Shown here: positions 23,701-40,732 of the stretch, piece by piece
Numbering within the stretch: the stretch's first letter is position 1
Layout: the number at the start of each line of letters is the position of its first letter
Origin: Felis catus
Taxonomy: Eukaryota
Length of the DNA: 64,000 nucleotides
Assembly (NCBI RefSeq): GCF_018350175.1
Contig: NC_058368.1
Span: forward strand, 17,424,001-17,488,000
Direction of reading: 5' to 3'
Position numbers and translations under genes: made by a program
Notes under the pieces: model-generated
The model's database searches: none
Told to the model about the DNA's origin: nothing
Seen by the model: the letters and a program-made list of their open reading frames with translations, nothing else

Positions 23701-23893
23701 TTGAAATCTTATTTATTTTGAGAGAGAGAGAGACAGAGAAGGAGCACAAGTGGGGGAAGGGCAGAGAAGAGAGAGAGAAAATCTCAAGCAGGCGCAGAGC
23801 CTGACACGGGGCTCAAACTCACGAACTGTGAGATCTTGGTCTGAGCCGAAATCAAGAGTCAATGCCTAACCCACTGAGCCACCCCGGCGCCCC
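23701..23893 (-). mobile_element. Carnivore SINE
   Basis: Antisense head and (GA)n tract. Confidence 0.85.
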
Positions 23894-24614
23894 TCTCCTA
23901 TGTATTTTCAAAGCACTTGGTAGTACAAGTACCCTCGTATTGGTATTAAATGCGTGGTTCAAATTTACCATTTACTCGCTGTTGGACTTACATCTTGTCT
24001 TATTTACCTGGTTAATTAAGTTGCTAGTACTTCCTTCAGAGGGTTATGAGATACATAAACCCAGACCCCAGTCATTATTACAAGTGCTCCAGAAATGTTC
24101 TCTCCATTTTTATATAAACCTTGAAGTGCCTGATATGCACAAGAGGCCAGGAATGCATCTGAAAGATGAACAGGACATAGCTCCTTTGCTGTGAGAATAG
24201 GGGCTCGTTGGATGGTAAACTAAACCTGGCAGCAGGAAGCACTAAAGAGCGATTACTCATTCAGTAAATTTTTGGGGGTGGTCAACATATAAAAAAAAAT
24301 ATAATCTTTAAAAATTTTTATAAGTGTAAACTTAGAACAAATGACAACTTCCAGCAACTGGCATCGGAGTAACTATGCAGTTACATTCTTTGTTTGCAGA
24401 TAATTTAAGGCATCAATAGCTTGTTTCTAGTGTTGGTTATAATAGAACTTTCACGTAAGATACCATTTAAAGGACTGAGCAATCAGTAGTCTATGCGGAG
24501 TTTCAACTGAATTTGGATAAAATTATGCTCTATGTATTAGCGTATATGAACAATTAAAAAGCCTGTCAAAGCACTTAATAAAACACTTATAAAATATTTG
24601 TCATATCCATAAAG

Positions 24615-24661
24615 TTTATTTTAAAAAATTGTTAAAAACTAACCATACAGGAATATTTATT
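24615..24661 (-). terminator. Candidate PROSER1 polyadenylation signals (AATAAA at 24656-24661 and 24615-24620)
   Basis: Two AATAAA hexamers on the minus strand about 1.2 kb past the stop codon, with T-rich sequence downstream. Confidence 0.55.
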
Positions 24662-25838
24662 AATATACTTAAAAAGTTTGTTCCCCGTGTTGAAGGAAAA
24701 TACATTAGCAACATCTTCCAGACACCATCTTTATAAAAGTAAAACTTCTAGATGCTGAAATGTACTACAGTAGATTCTATAGTTTACACTTTTAAGATTG
24801 AAAATCATTCTCCCTACTACTCCCCACCCCCGCCCCCCTGAATGTGGCAGTTCTTCCCGTTAATGAATGACATTCACTCACATTCGATGCTACCACAGAC
24901 CCTTAGAGCACACACTTCATGTTTACTAACAACAAGTCTTCTCTATTGGTTGTCACATCAGACTTTTGGAGAAGCGTTGGACTTGAAGTACAAATAGAAA
25001 TACTATGTCCCGTGATTGTAAACATTCACCAAGAGCTTCCGGAGTACAATGAGTAATAGAGGTGGCCCTATGGTCAGTCAAATGTCCCTCACTCGCTCGG
25101 ATACTGCTGAGATTAAGAAATAAGTGTCGAAGGCCAATCATCACAAGCCTTACTTGCGTTTCTGTAAGAAAGTAGTTCTGGATACATTTTTAGTCGAAAA
25201 CACCTGAAAGTCATTCTAAAGACTATATTAAGCACCATTTTCACTTACCTGAAATATATTAAGTTAAATTCAGCAGTAAATGTTTGCGCATAAATGTCAA
25301 AAGTTAGAAATAACGGTGGGTTTCAAGTTCCCTTCTGTGGCTACATACGGAGTACTGCGTTCCAACGATGCTAACGGGAACCACTCATGCATTCCAAGGG
25401 CAGTAATGCCCCCAGGGCCAAATGCAACCCATGAGTCTGAGGCACAACTATTACTTCTGTCAGTGGATGCTATACAAGCAGATTTAAGGCTGTATTCGGC
25501 TATAAAGAGTTCAACCTCCTCTTTAGTATTCTTCCCACACAGATCACATACATGACTCAAAATTTCATAGGGTGGGAGATGAAAAGTCCCCGAACACCTT
25601 TTTAATACTATTCTCCGTACAGTTCGTCATCAGCATATTTACATAGGGGAGTGTTCATACTTAAAACCATTAAAAAATGCAATCGTCACTGTTTTAAACT
25701 CTTATCCCAATTTCCCCAAGATTATCCTCATTCTCATTTTCTGAGAATGTCAGCCAACCTCGCATTAGTCAGATTGTTCACTGCAGTCCTTAGGCATATC
25801 CGATGTCGCTCCGGAGGAGAATACAAATGAAAATATAT

Positions 25839-25982
<144 letters not shown>

Positions 25983-26061
25983 TTAGCAAGTGCCAAATTC
26001 ATTCCAGTCTGTACCTGCTTTTGCTTACACCCCACCACAGAGATTTAGAATGGGAAAGAAC

Positions 26062-26092
<31 letters not shown>

Positions 26093-26436
26093 CACTGGGG
26101 CAAGATTAAGTCTGCTTCTTCTCCCGAAATTTTTAAGAAACGTTCAAAATACCTCAGATGCTGGAGGCAATGCGAGATGCCACTGAAATACTTCATATTC
26201 TTTCCAAAAAGTAAGTTTTCTAGAGAAAATATGCTTTAATGGTCCATTATTTCAGCTTAAATTATAAAAGACCAGCTCAAATTTAACGGACACATATGAA
26301 GACTCCATTTGTAAGCTCTAAACTAAGATCTGAAAGCCTCAAAGCGGGAAAAGAATTCATACAGACGAATAGACCCCAGCACCTTTGTTACTCTCCTGAA
26401 GGAGGACGAGGATAATCTGCACATTTGGGGAGATTA

Positions 26437-26847
<411 letters not shown>

Positions 26848-26912
26848 CTAAAAGTCAGCCACTCACTGAAGCAAATGTACTTTCTCGTACACAGTATGTT
26901 ATTCTGAATTCA

Positions 26913-29003
<2,091 letters not shown>

Positions 29004-30189
29004 TCAAACTGTAACCCAAGAGAAATAGCAAAATGTCTGTAACATTTAACAAACACAAAGAAAACCAGTGACAGGTGTAAGGGGCTATTCTGGCACCCAC
29101 GATGCTTGACTCTACGACCCTGATCTGCACTGCGGAGCCTCCGTTAGAGCTAGCTGTCTTCCATCTAGACTCTGCTCAGAAGAGCCCTCCGATGCACACG
29201 GAGAAAGCCTTGAGAAATTAGCAAATTCTCTTTTCATATTTTCCCAATTTTTAAAAATTAAAAATTTATTTTGTGGTTAGTGTTGGTGTACTGACTTTAC
29301 CTTTCATTCTTTCAAACCACTTACCTAGAGTAATAACAAGTCATTGCCCCTCTTAGGAGCTTTTGGGACATCACTTTCCTTGTAGGCCTTCCAGGATTCA
29401 TGCCTATTTCTCCAGTATTATGGCCACTCGGTGAGTTGAACTTGATATTCCAGTTTATAACCTATACAGCTTTTTCTCCCAAGCATTTTCTCATACTGCC
29501 TCCTCTCCTCTACGCAATCTCAACCTCTAATATTTGCTTTGTCCTAGGAGCTCCCTTAGGGGCAAAAGCCGTATCTAATTCATCTTTAGAGCCTTAGCAC
29601 CTGGCGCTGTGCATGGCATCTAATAAATGTTTGCCACACTAGATATATCACCATTACCTCAACTATAGTTACCAGACCCATCCAAGGACTTACTCTGAAG
29701 AACTGTACTATAGTTGGCTCTCACATTTTTATTCTGATAAACTCTACGAATAATTACTGTAAGTATTTTGGGGGATGATCTGTGCTTTCTCCCTGAATCA
29801 ATTTAGTGACAATGTTAGCCTTTGACGATCTTGTTAGTGTCAAGTGGAAAGCATGACTTAGGTTGCTGAAGTCCTAATGACAACTATCTTCTGCTGCCAC
29901 GCTCGTATCGAAGTCTGTTTCAGTTATAGGCAGAGAATGTTCCTTTTGCAGTGATAATCAACTGAAAGATATTTTCATGGGCTAAAATTCAAGTTTCTAA
30001 GTTTATGCATAATAAAGACTCTTACATAAAAAGGTTGACATGGTCAATGAAGTAATGTACTATACGAATCATGGTGGGGAAGGGACCATAGGAAAAGAAT
30101 GGAAGAAAATAACATACACATAATCCATTCGTACTAAGAGACGGCCAAAAGATGCTATATTGGGCTGAACAAATTTACAGTAGTTTCAA

Positions 30190-30408
30190 TTTTTTTTTTT
30201 TTGAACGTTTTTTATTTATTTTTGGGACAGAGAGAGACAGAGCATGAACGGGGGAGGGGCAGAGAGAGAGGGAGACACAGAATCGGAAACAGGCTCCAGG
30301 CTCGGAGCCATCAGCCCAGAGCCTGACGTGGGGCTCGAACTCACGGACCGCGAGATCGTGACCTGGCTGAAGTCGGACGCTTAACCGACTGCGCCACCCA
30401 GGCGCCCC
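30190..30408 (-). mobile_element. Young SINEC_Fc
   Basis: Perfect TSD TACAGTAGTTTCAA; CpGs largely intact. Confidence 0.93.
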
Positions 30409-30427
30409 TACAGTAGTTTCAAAAAGA

Positions 30428-30638
30428 GGGCCACCTGGGTGGCTCAGTTACTTAAGTGTCCGACTCTTGATTTCAGCTCAGGTCATGACCTCACAGTTTG
30501 GTGAGTTCGAGACCCACATGGGGCTCCATGCTGACAGCACAGAGCCTGCTTTGGATTCTCTCTCTCTCCCTCTCTCTCTGCCCCTACACCACTCACGTGC
30601 TCTCTCTCTCTCTCAAAAATAAACTTTTTTTAAAAAAA
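30428..30638 (+). mobile_element. Carnivore SINE (older subfamily)
   Basis: Head containing CTCTTGATTTCAGCTCAGG, CT tract, tail. Confidence 0.88.
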
Positions 30639-31350
30639 GGAAAAATGGCAGAATTGACAAACAGTAATATATATAAACACATACACTTCAAACCAAGAGG
30701 CCTGTACCATATTCATGTCATTGCCAGTAATTTCATTTCAAGAAAAGAAAGCCTAGCTATTTTAAATTTAGAGAACATATGAAAAATGGATTTGTACTTT
30801 TGTTGGCATTTGTTTCATGAGCAGAAGCTCAAGGAATATATACCTAGTTTTGTACTAAATAATGTACTAAAAATTTATTTAGGTCAACATTGGTTGGGAA
30901 ATATTTGAGAATTCACTATTTTATACAATGACATGCTGAGGACCATGCAGTTAATGACTGATCATAAGATAAGACCAAACTGTCCCACAGCATTCTTTAT
31001 AGCAGCCTCCAAAAGACTGGAGATCTTTTTATATAACAGAGCAAAAGTCATGCACTGTTGATCGTAGTGCCTACAGTTAAAATGTGACAAAACAACAAAT
31101 CGAAAAAACTCCCAAAATATACCATGATAAATACTACTTTCCTGTCACGTAATTTGGGTGTCAACCAGAAAACAGTAGATACTGTGCCAAGTACTTTATG
31201 TCTGTCATTTCATTTGTCCTCACAGAACCCTCTGAGATAGGTACTAAAAACCCCATCTTACAGACGGGCAACCTGCAGCTTGGTGTGGTTAAAGCAATTT
31301 GTTAGAAGATCATATAGCTATTAAGTAGTTTTCAAAGGGAATTAAGGTTC

Positions 31351-31566
31351 AGGGCACCTGGGTGGCTCAGTCGGTTGGGTGTCCGACTCTTATCTTGGCT
31401 CAGGTCATGATCTCATGGTTCATGAGTTCAAGCCCCGTGCCCAGGATCTGCACAACAGCATGGAGCCTGTCTGGGATTCTCTCTCCCTCTCTCTCTGCCC
31501 CTCACCCGCTCCCGTGGACACATGCGTGCCCTCTCCCTCTCAAAATAAGTTAGTAAACTTAAAAAG
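31351..31566 (+). mobile_element. Carnivore SINE
   Basis: Head and tail; an L1MA-like 3' fragment follows (~31575-31720). Confidence 0.88.
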
Positions 31567-32294
31567 ATAGGGAATAAAGTTTCAGTTATGCAAGCTAATA
31601 AATAAATTCCAGAAATCTGTTGTATGACACTATGCCTACAGTTAACAATGCTGTATTGTGTACTAAAAAATTTAAGAGGGTAGATCTCTTTGAGATCTTA
31701 TCATAATAATAATTTTAAAAGGGCCATGCAGCTATTAAGTGATAGAACCAAAATTTGAACCCCAGACCCACATCCTTGACCACTATCCTAGTTTATCTTT
31801 TCGTTTCTTGATATCATTCAAAAGGCAAATAAAATCTTAATATCATGCTAACATTCACAACATAGGAAATCAAGGTATGCCATTCCTAACGTTGGTTCTT
31901 ATGCCTCTTAACTCCCTTCAAAAATAGATTAGTGAAGCTGAACATTAAGGCTCAAGTTTCCTTAACCTCCATTTCATAGAAGGTAAATGACATGGTCACA
32001 AAGCTAGGCAGCACCAGAGCCAGGACAAGAAAACGATGTCCTGACATCTCAGGGTTTTCCAGCCCATTATGCTACCTCCTTTAGAAGCCACAGCTAAAAA
32101 GCCCTGTTTAGGCACCCCGCTCAGGGGCGAGAACTCTCCCACAGAGGCTCCTAACTATGCCCCATGATGATTAGATTCATGTGCTGCTTTGCTACACAAG
32201 AACCGAGCCCAAGTTTTGTCTCCTACCAGAGGGCTCGCATCTCCTTCCTGACCACAAAGATCCTCATCCAGAGGAAGAAGAAAATGTTGTGGCT

Positions 32295-32313
32295 CTACTG
32301 CCCCCTGCAGGCA
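32295..32313 (-). promoter_or_regulatory. Candidate CTCF site (TGCCTGCAGGGGGCAGTAG)
   Basis: Close match to the CTCF core CCASYAGRKGGCRS; motif only, no binding data. Confidence 0.5.
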
Positions 32314-32829
32314 TCGTGGTGGCGACATTTTCCATCTTCCTTTTTCAATTCCACTTTCTGCTTTGGCAACCCTTACTTTTTGTTCTACACTAAACTACGC
32401 TACCCCTAATACTTATGAAAATAATGAAATCTGAAACGAGTACTTAAAATAGCTTTTGGAAAACAGGGTTTTTATCAAAAACCTTATGTGTTTCTATCAA
32501 AACAAAAATGAGGTTTCTAATATTACATAATGTAAAGTGAATGTGGAACGTAATGCCACATAGCACTCCCGTTATATTGCAAGTTTTTCACATAAGACAC
32601 AAGGGCATATGGTTAATTTTAAACCCAGTTAATATGTACGTTTCCTTGTGTATATAATGTACCACTATCAAGCAACTTTTAGCGAGTATTGATTAAATTC
32701 GTTAATTAAGTAGGAACTTTCCCCAAAGCATAGATTCCAGATACATTCAATTCAAACTGTTGTCAGTGGGTAATGGAGCAGAAAACCGGGACAGACTTCA
32801 GCTATGTCTGGAGCAAATTTGGCACTTAC

Positions 32830-32874
32830 TTTGATTCTGTGTAGGTTTTGACTGACTGGAAAGGTCTTCATTTT
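32830..32874 (-). CDS. PROSER1: PROSER1 exon 10 (ENEDLSSQSKPTQNQ-T)
   Basis: AG/GT boundaries, 45 nt, phase 1 to phase 1. Confidence 0.9.
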
Positions 32875-33599
32875 CTATATGAAAATAAATAAATAAAAAG
32901 GTTGATTTCAAGTTTTATTCAAGTTAATCACCACCATAATAACCAGAGATTGGCATCAAAAAAAGACAAGCTCAGGATGTGGATGCCTTCTATGTTAGGA
33001 AAAACAACGTACGCTTATAGAGAGAGAAAGGAAATGGAGACAAAGGTAGTAACTATAGTGAAGATTGACAGCATCCTGAGCAACTGACCCCTAACCTCCG
33101 CCCCCACCACTACTCCTTAACTTATCGGGCTTTAAATCACCATTGATATTTTGCAGACATATTTAAAAACACTTTCCGGAAAGGTGATGGCCTGAGACTG
33201 CCACCCAGGAGCAAGTGCAGGAGGACTTAGAGGTGGGAAACGGATGCCGAGCACAGAATCCACTGCCACCTGAGGGAGCGATCTCACAGGCCGTGTGACG
33301 ATCCAAGCAAACAGAAAGAAAGGGGCCCTGCTTTCCTGTTGCTCTCACACTTCTGCAAAAGGCCCTATGCTAGGAGCTGCCGAGAACCACCCTAATGGAG
33401 GTAGACTTGAAGCCTGTGACACGGACCCAAGAGCACACTCCCCCCCCCTCCACACCCCCGGGAAAGGACCTAACTAGACCATCAGTCAAAGATTCAACGG
33501 GAAGAAAATTACCTCATAGCTTGACAGTAAATGCCCAAGAAACAAACAGTGGGACAGATGCAAGGCGCAGAAGGAACCTGCAAGCTCTGACGTGGTGAG

Positions 33600-36250
33600 C
33601 AAAAAAAAGATCATAGCTTGTCTAAGGAACCTGGTACAAATAAACAACCACAACATATGGTGTCTATCAATAAAGATTCAATGAAAGGAAAAAAATCTTT
33701 AAAAACTTGTAATGCAAACTGAGAACACATACACACATACACATAATATGCAAGAAAATATAAGCAGGGAAGGTGAACGTTTAGATATAGAAATCTGATT
33801 CCAAATCAATAGATGTGAAGAATGGTGAAGATTAGAAATAACATTATAAAAGCTAAATTGCTTAGTTGGGAGTAAGAAACAACAACAAAATCACACTTAA
33901 AATGGTAAAAATACAACAAAAAAAGAGGATATATAAATAAATAGGTAAGAGACTTAGAAAACAAACACAGTGCAAAATAAAAGTACCAGAAGGAGAAAGA
34001 AAGAACAGATGAAAAAGCAGTAACTAATGGAATAATGAAAACAACATTTTCCTAAGCTTTAAAGACTTGAATTTTCATATCTAAAGGGCTTACAGAGTTC
34101 TGTGAAAGATTAATGCTAAGATCCACACCTAGACATCCTGACGAAATAGCTGAACTCCAAGATCAAAGACACTTCTGAATTTGAAAGATAAGGAATATTT
34201 TCTTTGTAAGCTTACAGAAGGAGACTGAGGTTCTAATAAAGAAGAGCAAGTTAACTGGAATTGGGTTTTTCATCTACAACTCTGTATATGTGCCCTTTTT
34301 AAAAAGTACTTAGAGAAATTTTCTGCTCACAGAAAAGCACAATGAGCACATCAGGACCGAGGATCAGAGAACAGAGGAAGTAGTAAGAGGCCGTTAAGTT
34401 CAGAGGCCCAGAAGGAAACACGTATGGTATTCCAACAAAACACACATATTGATGAAAAAGGAGAGTGAGAGTGAAGTCAGTGGAGCAGGGAGCAGCTTTC
34501 TTAAGTTTTTGTATACTGACAACCATTAACAATACAAAGTAATCACCAGTGATCAAAAGTTCTAAGTTTGGGTGGGGTAAGGTGAGAGGAGCTATTAAAA
34601 ATAAAACAGCAGTGTGACCAATACAAGTAAACAAAAGTAAGGGAAATGAAAAACTGGGACAAAAGATTAATAATGAATACAAAAATAAAATGGAAGGACT
34701 AAGAACAAATATGCAATTTTTATGATGACTGAAAATGCCTATTAAGCCTCATTCCCACTGGTTTAAAAATCAGAATCCAGCTATATGTAATCTATAAACC
34801 AACTAACCTAACAACAAAATAAAACCCTAAAATAAAAATTAAAAGTAAACATAAAATCAAATAACGTTATTTCTACAATATGAAAACAAAAAGGACAATA
34901 CCCAATAACACCACGCAAGAAAGAACTATCTTAAAGTATAACTCAGCTGACATTTTTTTATACCTAGAAAACTCAAGAGACTTTCAAGAAAAAAAAGTAG
35001 AATAATTAGTAATAAGCACGTACAAATGAAATATTCTATTTATAATTTTAATAAAAAATACCTTTAAAATCCCTAGAGACAAACCTAAGGCAAAGAACCC
35101 ATATAAAGAAAACTATAAAATCTTCAAAGAGATAAAATATGCCCTGGGGGAAAATCACTACCATCTGACATAACACAGACACAGGATTGAATAGTAAGAC
35201 AATATCATAAAAATGTCAGATCTCTCTAAATTTATATAACTGTATATATTCTATAACTACATATTAATTATATGCATAATTAATGATATAAAATTATATA
35301 ACATTAATATCTGTAACTATAAATATATATATATATATACATGTACACATACATTCAACTGTTTTTAACTGCATAAAATGATCTTCATGTTCAGATAGAA
35401 AAAAAAATTTCCAAATATAGTAAGAAAAATAGAAAATATAGTAAGAGAAAGCTAGCCTTACCAGATATCAGAACACACTATAAATCTGCTAATCAAATCA
35501 ACATATCATCATAACATAAAATAACTAGACTGGAACAGAATAAAGAATCCAGAATTAGAACCACATGTGTATATGAAAACTTATGACAAATGCATCTTTC
35601 AAATCAATGGGGAACACAGATTAGTTAATAAATGGTGCTGGCATGACGGGCTACTCTCTGGAAAAAAATTAAGAAGACCCTCTATTTCACCCCTACATGA
35701 AAATAAATTCCAGATGCCGTAAGTCTTACAAGACCCGGATAACTTGGACTGCCTAGGGTTAAGAAGATCTGAAACAAGATAAAACAGTTCCAGCTTTTCT
35801 TTCCTAGCTTCTCTGTCTATGCAAAAATACAAAACTCTAAAGGCTAAAGGTACCATAAACAAGGGTGAGAAATAAAATGATAATTTTGGAAAAAACTGTT
35901 TAGCAACTCTCATCGGAGTACCTGCCTGCAAACAACAGAATCACTCTAGTGATTAAAAAAGAATTTGTTAATAAATGGTATTAAGTAACTCTGGGTCTCT
36001 GAGAAGGATAGAAAAAAAAGTTAAGTTCTATCCCTACCCTACACATATCTAGAAATAAATCGTGAGTAGATTAAAAGCTATATGTTAAGAAAGAATCCCT
36101 ATAAAAGTAATTAGCGAATACAGATGACATTTTCATACTGCTGGGATGGGGAAGGGTTTCCTTAGCAAGACAAAACTCAGAGGAGTCAAATAAACAATAC
36201 CTAAGTGAAATATTACATTTTTGTGAAAGAACACAAATGAAAATATAGGC
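33600..36250 (+). mobile_element. Highly degraded L1 (ORF1/ORF2 remnants)
   Basis: Long A-rich stretch with L1 ORF2-like motifs (CTAGCCTTACCAGATATCA; TGGAACAGAATAAAGAATCCAGAA; AATAAATGGTGCTGG). Confidence 0.65.
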
Positions 36251-36388
36251 TAAATCCCATGTTCCCTACAGACTCGAAGGAAAATGGTGAACTGAAAACC
36301 CAGGGGAGGCTTAAGTCCCTCTGAGCACCTTCTTACAAGCTTTTCCTCCCCACATAGGAGTGATGTGCCCAAATGGTAATACTCATTA

Positions 36389-36778
<390 letters not shown>

Positions 36779-37272
36779 TTAGTATCATTCTGTGGCCACG
36801 AGTTCAAACCGTATTAACACAGCTATCTAATCTTCAAAACTGTTACGTAATAGAGTTGCCTTTTACGTGGAGGTTTGCGTCTACTGTTAGGAGAAAGCTG
36901 AGATCACATGAGACAACTGGAGACTGTGATTTCCCACTGCAGGCTCATTCCGGACATGAGCTCACTGAACGGCATGGCGGGCAGATCCCGCCGTACTTAA
37001 ATGATCTGCCTCTTCTGTCAAGCACACACAGTTGAGGATACCTTTGAAAACCAACTACTGAAATGGGATTCAAGACGATTCACCAAAGCAAAAACTCATA
37101 ATGATTAAAAAGAATCTATAATTAATTTACCAAAAAGTAAATGCCCTAAACTAAACTGGCTGCTGCGCGGCTGTAGACCAAGGCACTGTGGGCAGAATGA
37201 GACTCATCAGAGCGTATTTCAGAAGTGCTCCAATTTTCCCAAGTACATACACCAACATTTACTTTCAACTTA

Positions 37273-37404
<132 letters not shown>

Positions 37405-38742
37405 CTAGACGAAGGGGAAGTACAGCAGTTAGAAGAAAACTAAGTCAGGAGCCTCCCTGCAAAACAAAATACAACTCGTCTTTTGACATATTTAGTACTA
37501 AGAGGCTAAAAATGCTCCAGCATATCAAAGGCTACTGGAGCGACACGCGGCACAAAATCAGGGAAATGTCTTTGCTCTAATAAATGTGGTTCCTATAACT
37601 TCCAAAGGCAGATGCTGCCAAAGACTGCTGTAGAGGTGTTTTTTATTTCTGTGTTAAATCCTCTCTCATGAAGCGTCAGATCTTCTCCAAAATAGCAAAC
37701 TCCTCTCTGACCCAGTAGAGGTTAATGTGAGAATTCCTAGCTCCTCTTCTGTCACACCAGAATTCCGCTAGGTTTTGGAGCCTTGGCTACCCAAGAACTT
37801 CCAACATCCTCCTAAACTCATCAGAGATTCATGTTATCATTCTTACCCTCTTGTCACCTTGGGAAAAAAAAGCACCATATCCGTTAGCATTCAGCACTCT
37901 GGCAACTCCAGGAGAACGTGGATTGGGGGCGGGGGGGGGGGGGGACTATGAATTCGGTGTTTTGGTCTTCTTGCCTTTTGAAATCCTCAACTCTTTTATT
38001 TTACAGTTCAGCTGGTCTCTAGAAAGCCAGAGGTATCTGAAGCTACGCCAAACGTTGTATTTTTCACTACAGTGAGCGAGAGAGGGACCCCACTTCGGGG
38101 AATCTAGCACTCATGCTCTTGAGGCAGAGGGCATCCACTGGTAGTAAAAGACCTAGATTCGTTCTAGCTCTCATACACGGCAGCCCAGTAAGATGCACTA
38201 GTCTTGTGCAAGGACTATGATCTGTGACTGTTTTGCTATAAACAACTGCCACTGGAATTCGTGTCATGTAAACAAGCAGGGACCGCAAGACAGCTGTGTA
38301 AAGGCCTCAGCCACTTCAACTCGAACAATCCTTCAACCTGCAGGGTCATCTGTGGGTTTAGTTTATATCCTAACCAATCATTAAAATCACTCCCTTAAAA
38401 ATACCCTCAGCCTCCTGGCTCCGCTCTTGCTTCACCAGTAACACTCATTTGGCCACAACCTTAAAGGTCTCCAGACTCCACTCCTGCAAGGGAACAGCTG
38501 AATAGGGACGGCGAAACAAAACAAAACAAAACAAATTTGACTGGTCTCGCTTTGAAATAAAACATGGAACCTCAGAATGGCCCTTAACACTGTTAACTAA
38601 TTATGCTTTTTTATTTCCCTAGACCCTTCACTTTCCTGGAGTTTCTGGTACACTCTAAACTTTACAACACAAAAACAGAATTTATGCTGTCTGCTGTGGA
38701 CAGACAGAAAACTACATGTAAGAGTTAAGACCTGTTTCATCA

Positions 38743-38844
<102 letters not shown>

Positions 38845-39444
38845 CTATTTAAATAAATACGTAAATATGTAAATAAATATGTATGTATGTATGTAAGTAA
38901 GCAAATAAATAAGTAGAAAAGAATTGAGACTTAAAAAGAAAAAATCACCTCAAAGCAAAACCAAAACAAATCCCTCACAGTATTACACTGAAGAAAAGGT
39001 TTGAACACGGTAGGGGGTTAAGGACCTGGAGTCCAGATCCAATCCTGACTTGGCTTTAAGACCCTGTTAAGGTCCTCAGCCTTCCTCTGCCATAGAACCC
39101 TCACAACACGTACAGGCACCCAGAAGCACGCAATACACATGCGGATGACAGGAGAGCAGAATGAAGTAGGTTTTAATTTTTCCCCTCCACAACTGGAGCA
39201 ACCAGAAACAAGACTTCCATGCCTAGGTATGTGGAACGGTCAAAGGATCAAAAAGAGTACCTATATTACAATCAAAAATAGATGATAAAAAATGATGTTC
39301 TCAGTAAGCATTAAGTGTGATAGTTTATATTACGCAAGAATAAGTGAGACCTCATTCAAGACTGCTATTATTAACAGATCAGAATGAGCTGACAGACTAT
39401 TACGATGCATCCTCCTAAGGGTGTGTCCCTAAATGGTACATACT

Positions 39445-39920
39445 AGTAAGGAAGCCAACTTCCAAGATGGCTCCCAGAGGTCCCCACATCCTGTATGCCC
39501 TTGTGAAGTTCCCTTCCAGAATGAACAGAGCTGACCTGTGTAACAAATAGGGTATTCCAGCAATGATGGCAATTTGACTTCCAAGACTATGTCCTAAGAG
39601 ATATCACAGCTTCCACTTGCTTTCTCCTGGATTATTTGCTCTGATGGAAGTCAGCTACCAGGTCATGAGGTATTCAAGCAGCGCTACAGGAAAGTCCTTA
39701 GGGTAAGGAACAAAGACCCCCACCAACGACCAACACTAACTTGCCAGGCATGTACACGAATCCCCTTGGGAGCAGAGTTTCAAGCTCTAATGGAGTCTTC
39801 TGATGACTATATCCTCATGAGAAACTCTGAGCCAGAACCAATCTATGCCTCTCCCCACTGAGAGAGGCTGTTTTAATCCACTGAGTTTTAGGGTTATTTG
39901 TTATAGCACAAAAAATACAT
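39445..39920 (+). mobile_element. MaLR LTR (MLT1F-like)
   Basis: AAGATGGCTCCCA..GTCCCCACATCCTG start; GAGAAACTCTGAGCCAGAACCA; TTTAGGGTTATTTGTTATAGCA end. Confidence 0.65.
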
Positions 39921-40363
39921 ACCATTCTTTGAAAAGATTATCTTATAAAGACATTTGAGGAACACTGGTTGGTATCAAAACAAATTTTTTTCCTACAGGA
40001 CTTCTCAGAGCCTTTAGCATGCAGTGTGACTCTCTAGGAAGGAAACACTGCACATAATTTTCCAAACACACTTAATTGTGAAACTGAGGAACACTGAGAA
40101 TATGAGAAATGGTCCTTTATTAAGTGCAAATAAGTGCTTCTAACAAAACAAACTCATCCTCTTTTCTGTTTGGCTTGTTTTCTATACATTTGACACGCGT
40201 ACTTTAACGTAGTCTGAACTTTCAATCAGTAAGGAATCCATGAATTAAGCTGCCAACGTAATAAATTTCCTTTCCTTCATAGAAGCATCATCAACTGGTA
40301 TTTTCTTTAAATATCTTAACCGTGCTAAATTTCATACTTAGCCACAAGAAGTTTCCATAGTCA

Positions 40364-40732
<369 letters not shown>

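Noticed and set aside
24845..25643. Pumilio element TGTAAATA (25636-25643) and miR-29 / miR-34 seed matches in the PROSER1 3'UTR
   Set aside because: 7-8-mers are expected by chance in an AT-rich 1.2-kb UTR; conservation cannot be assessed here.
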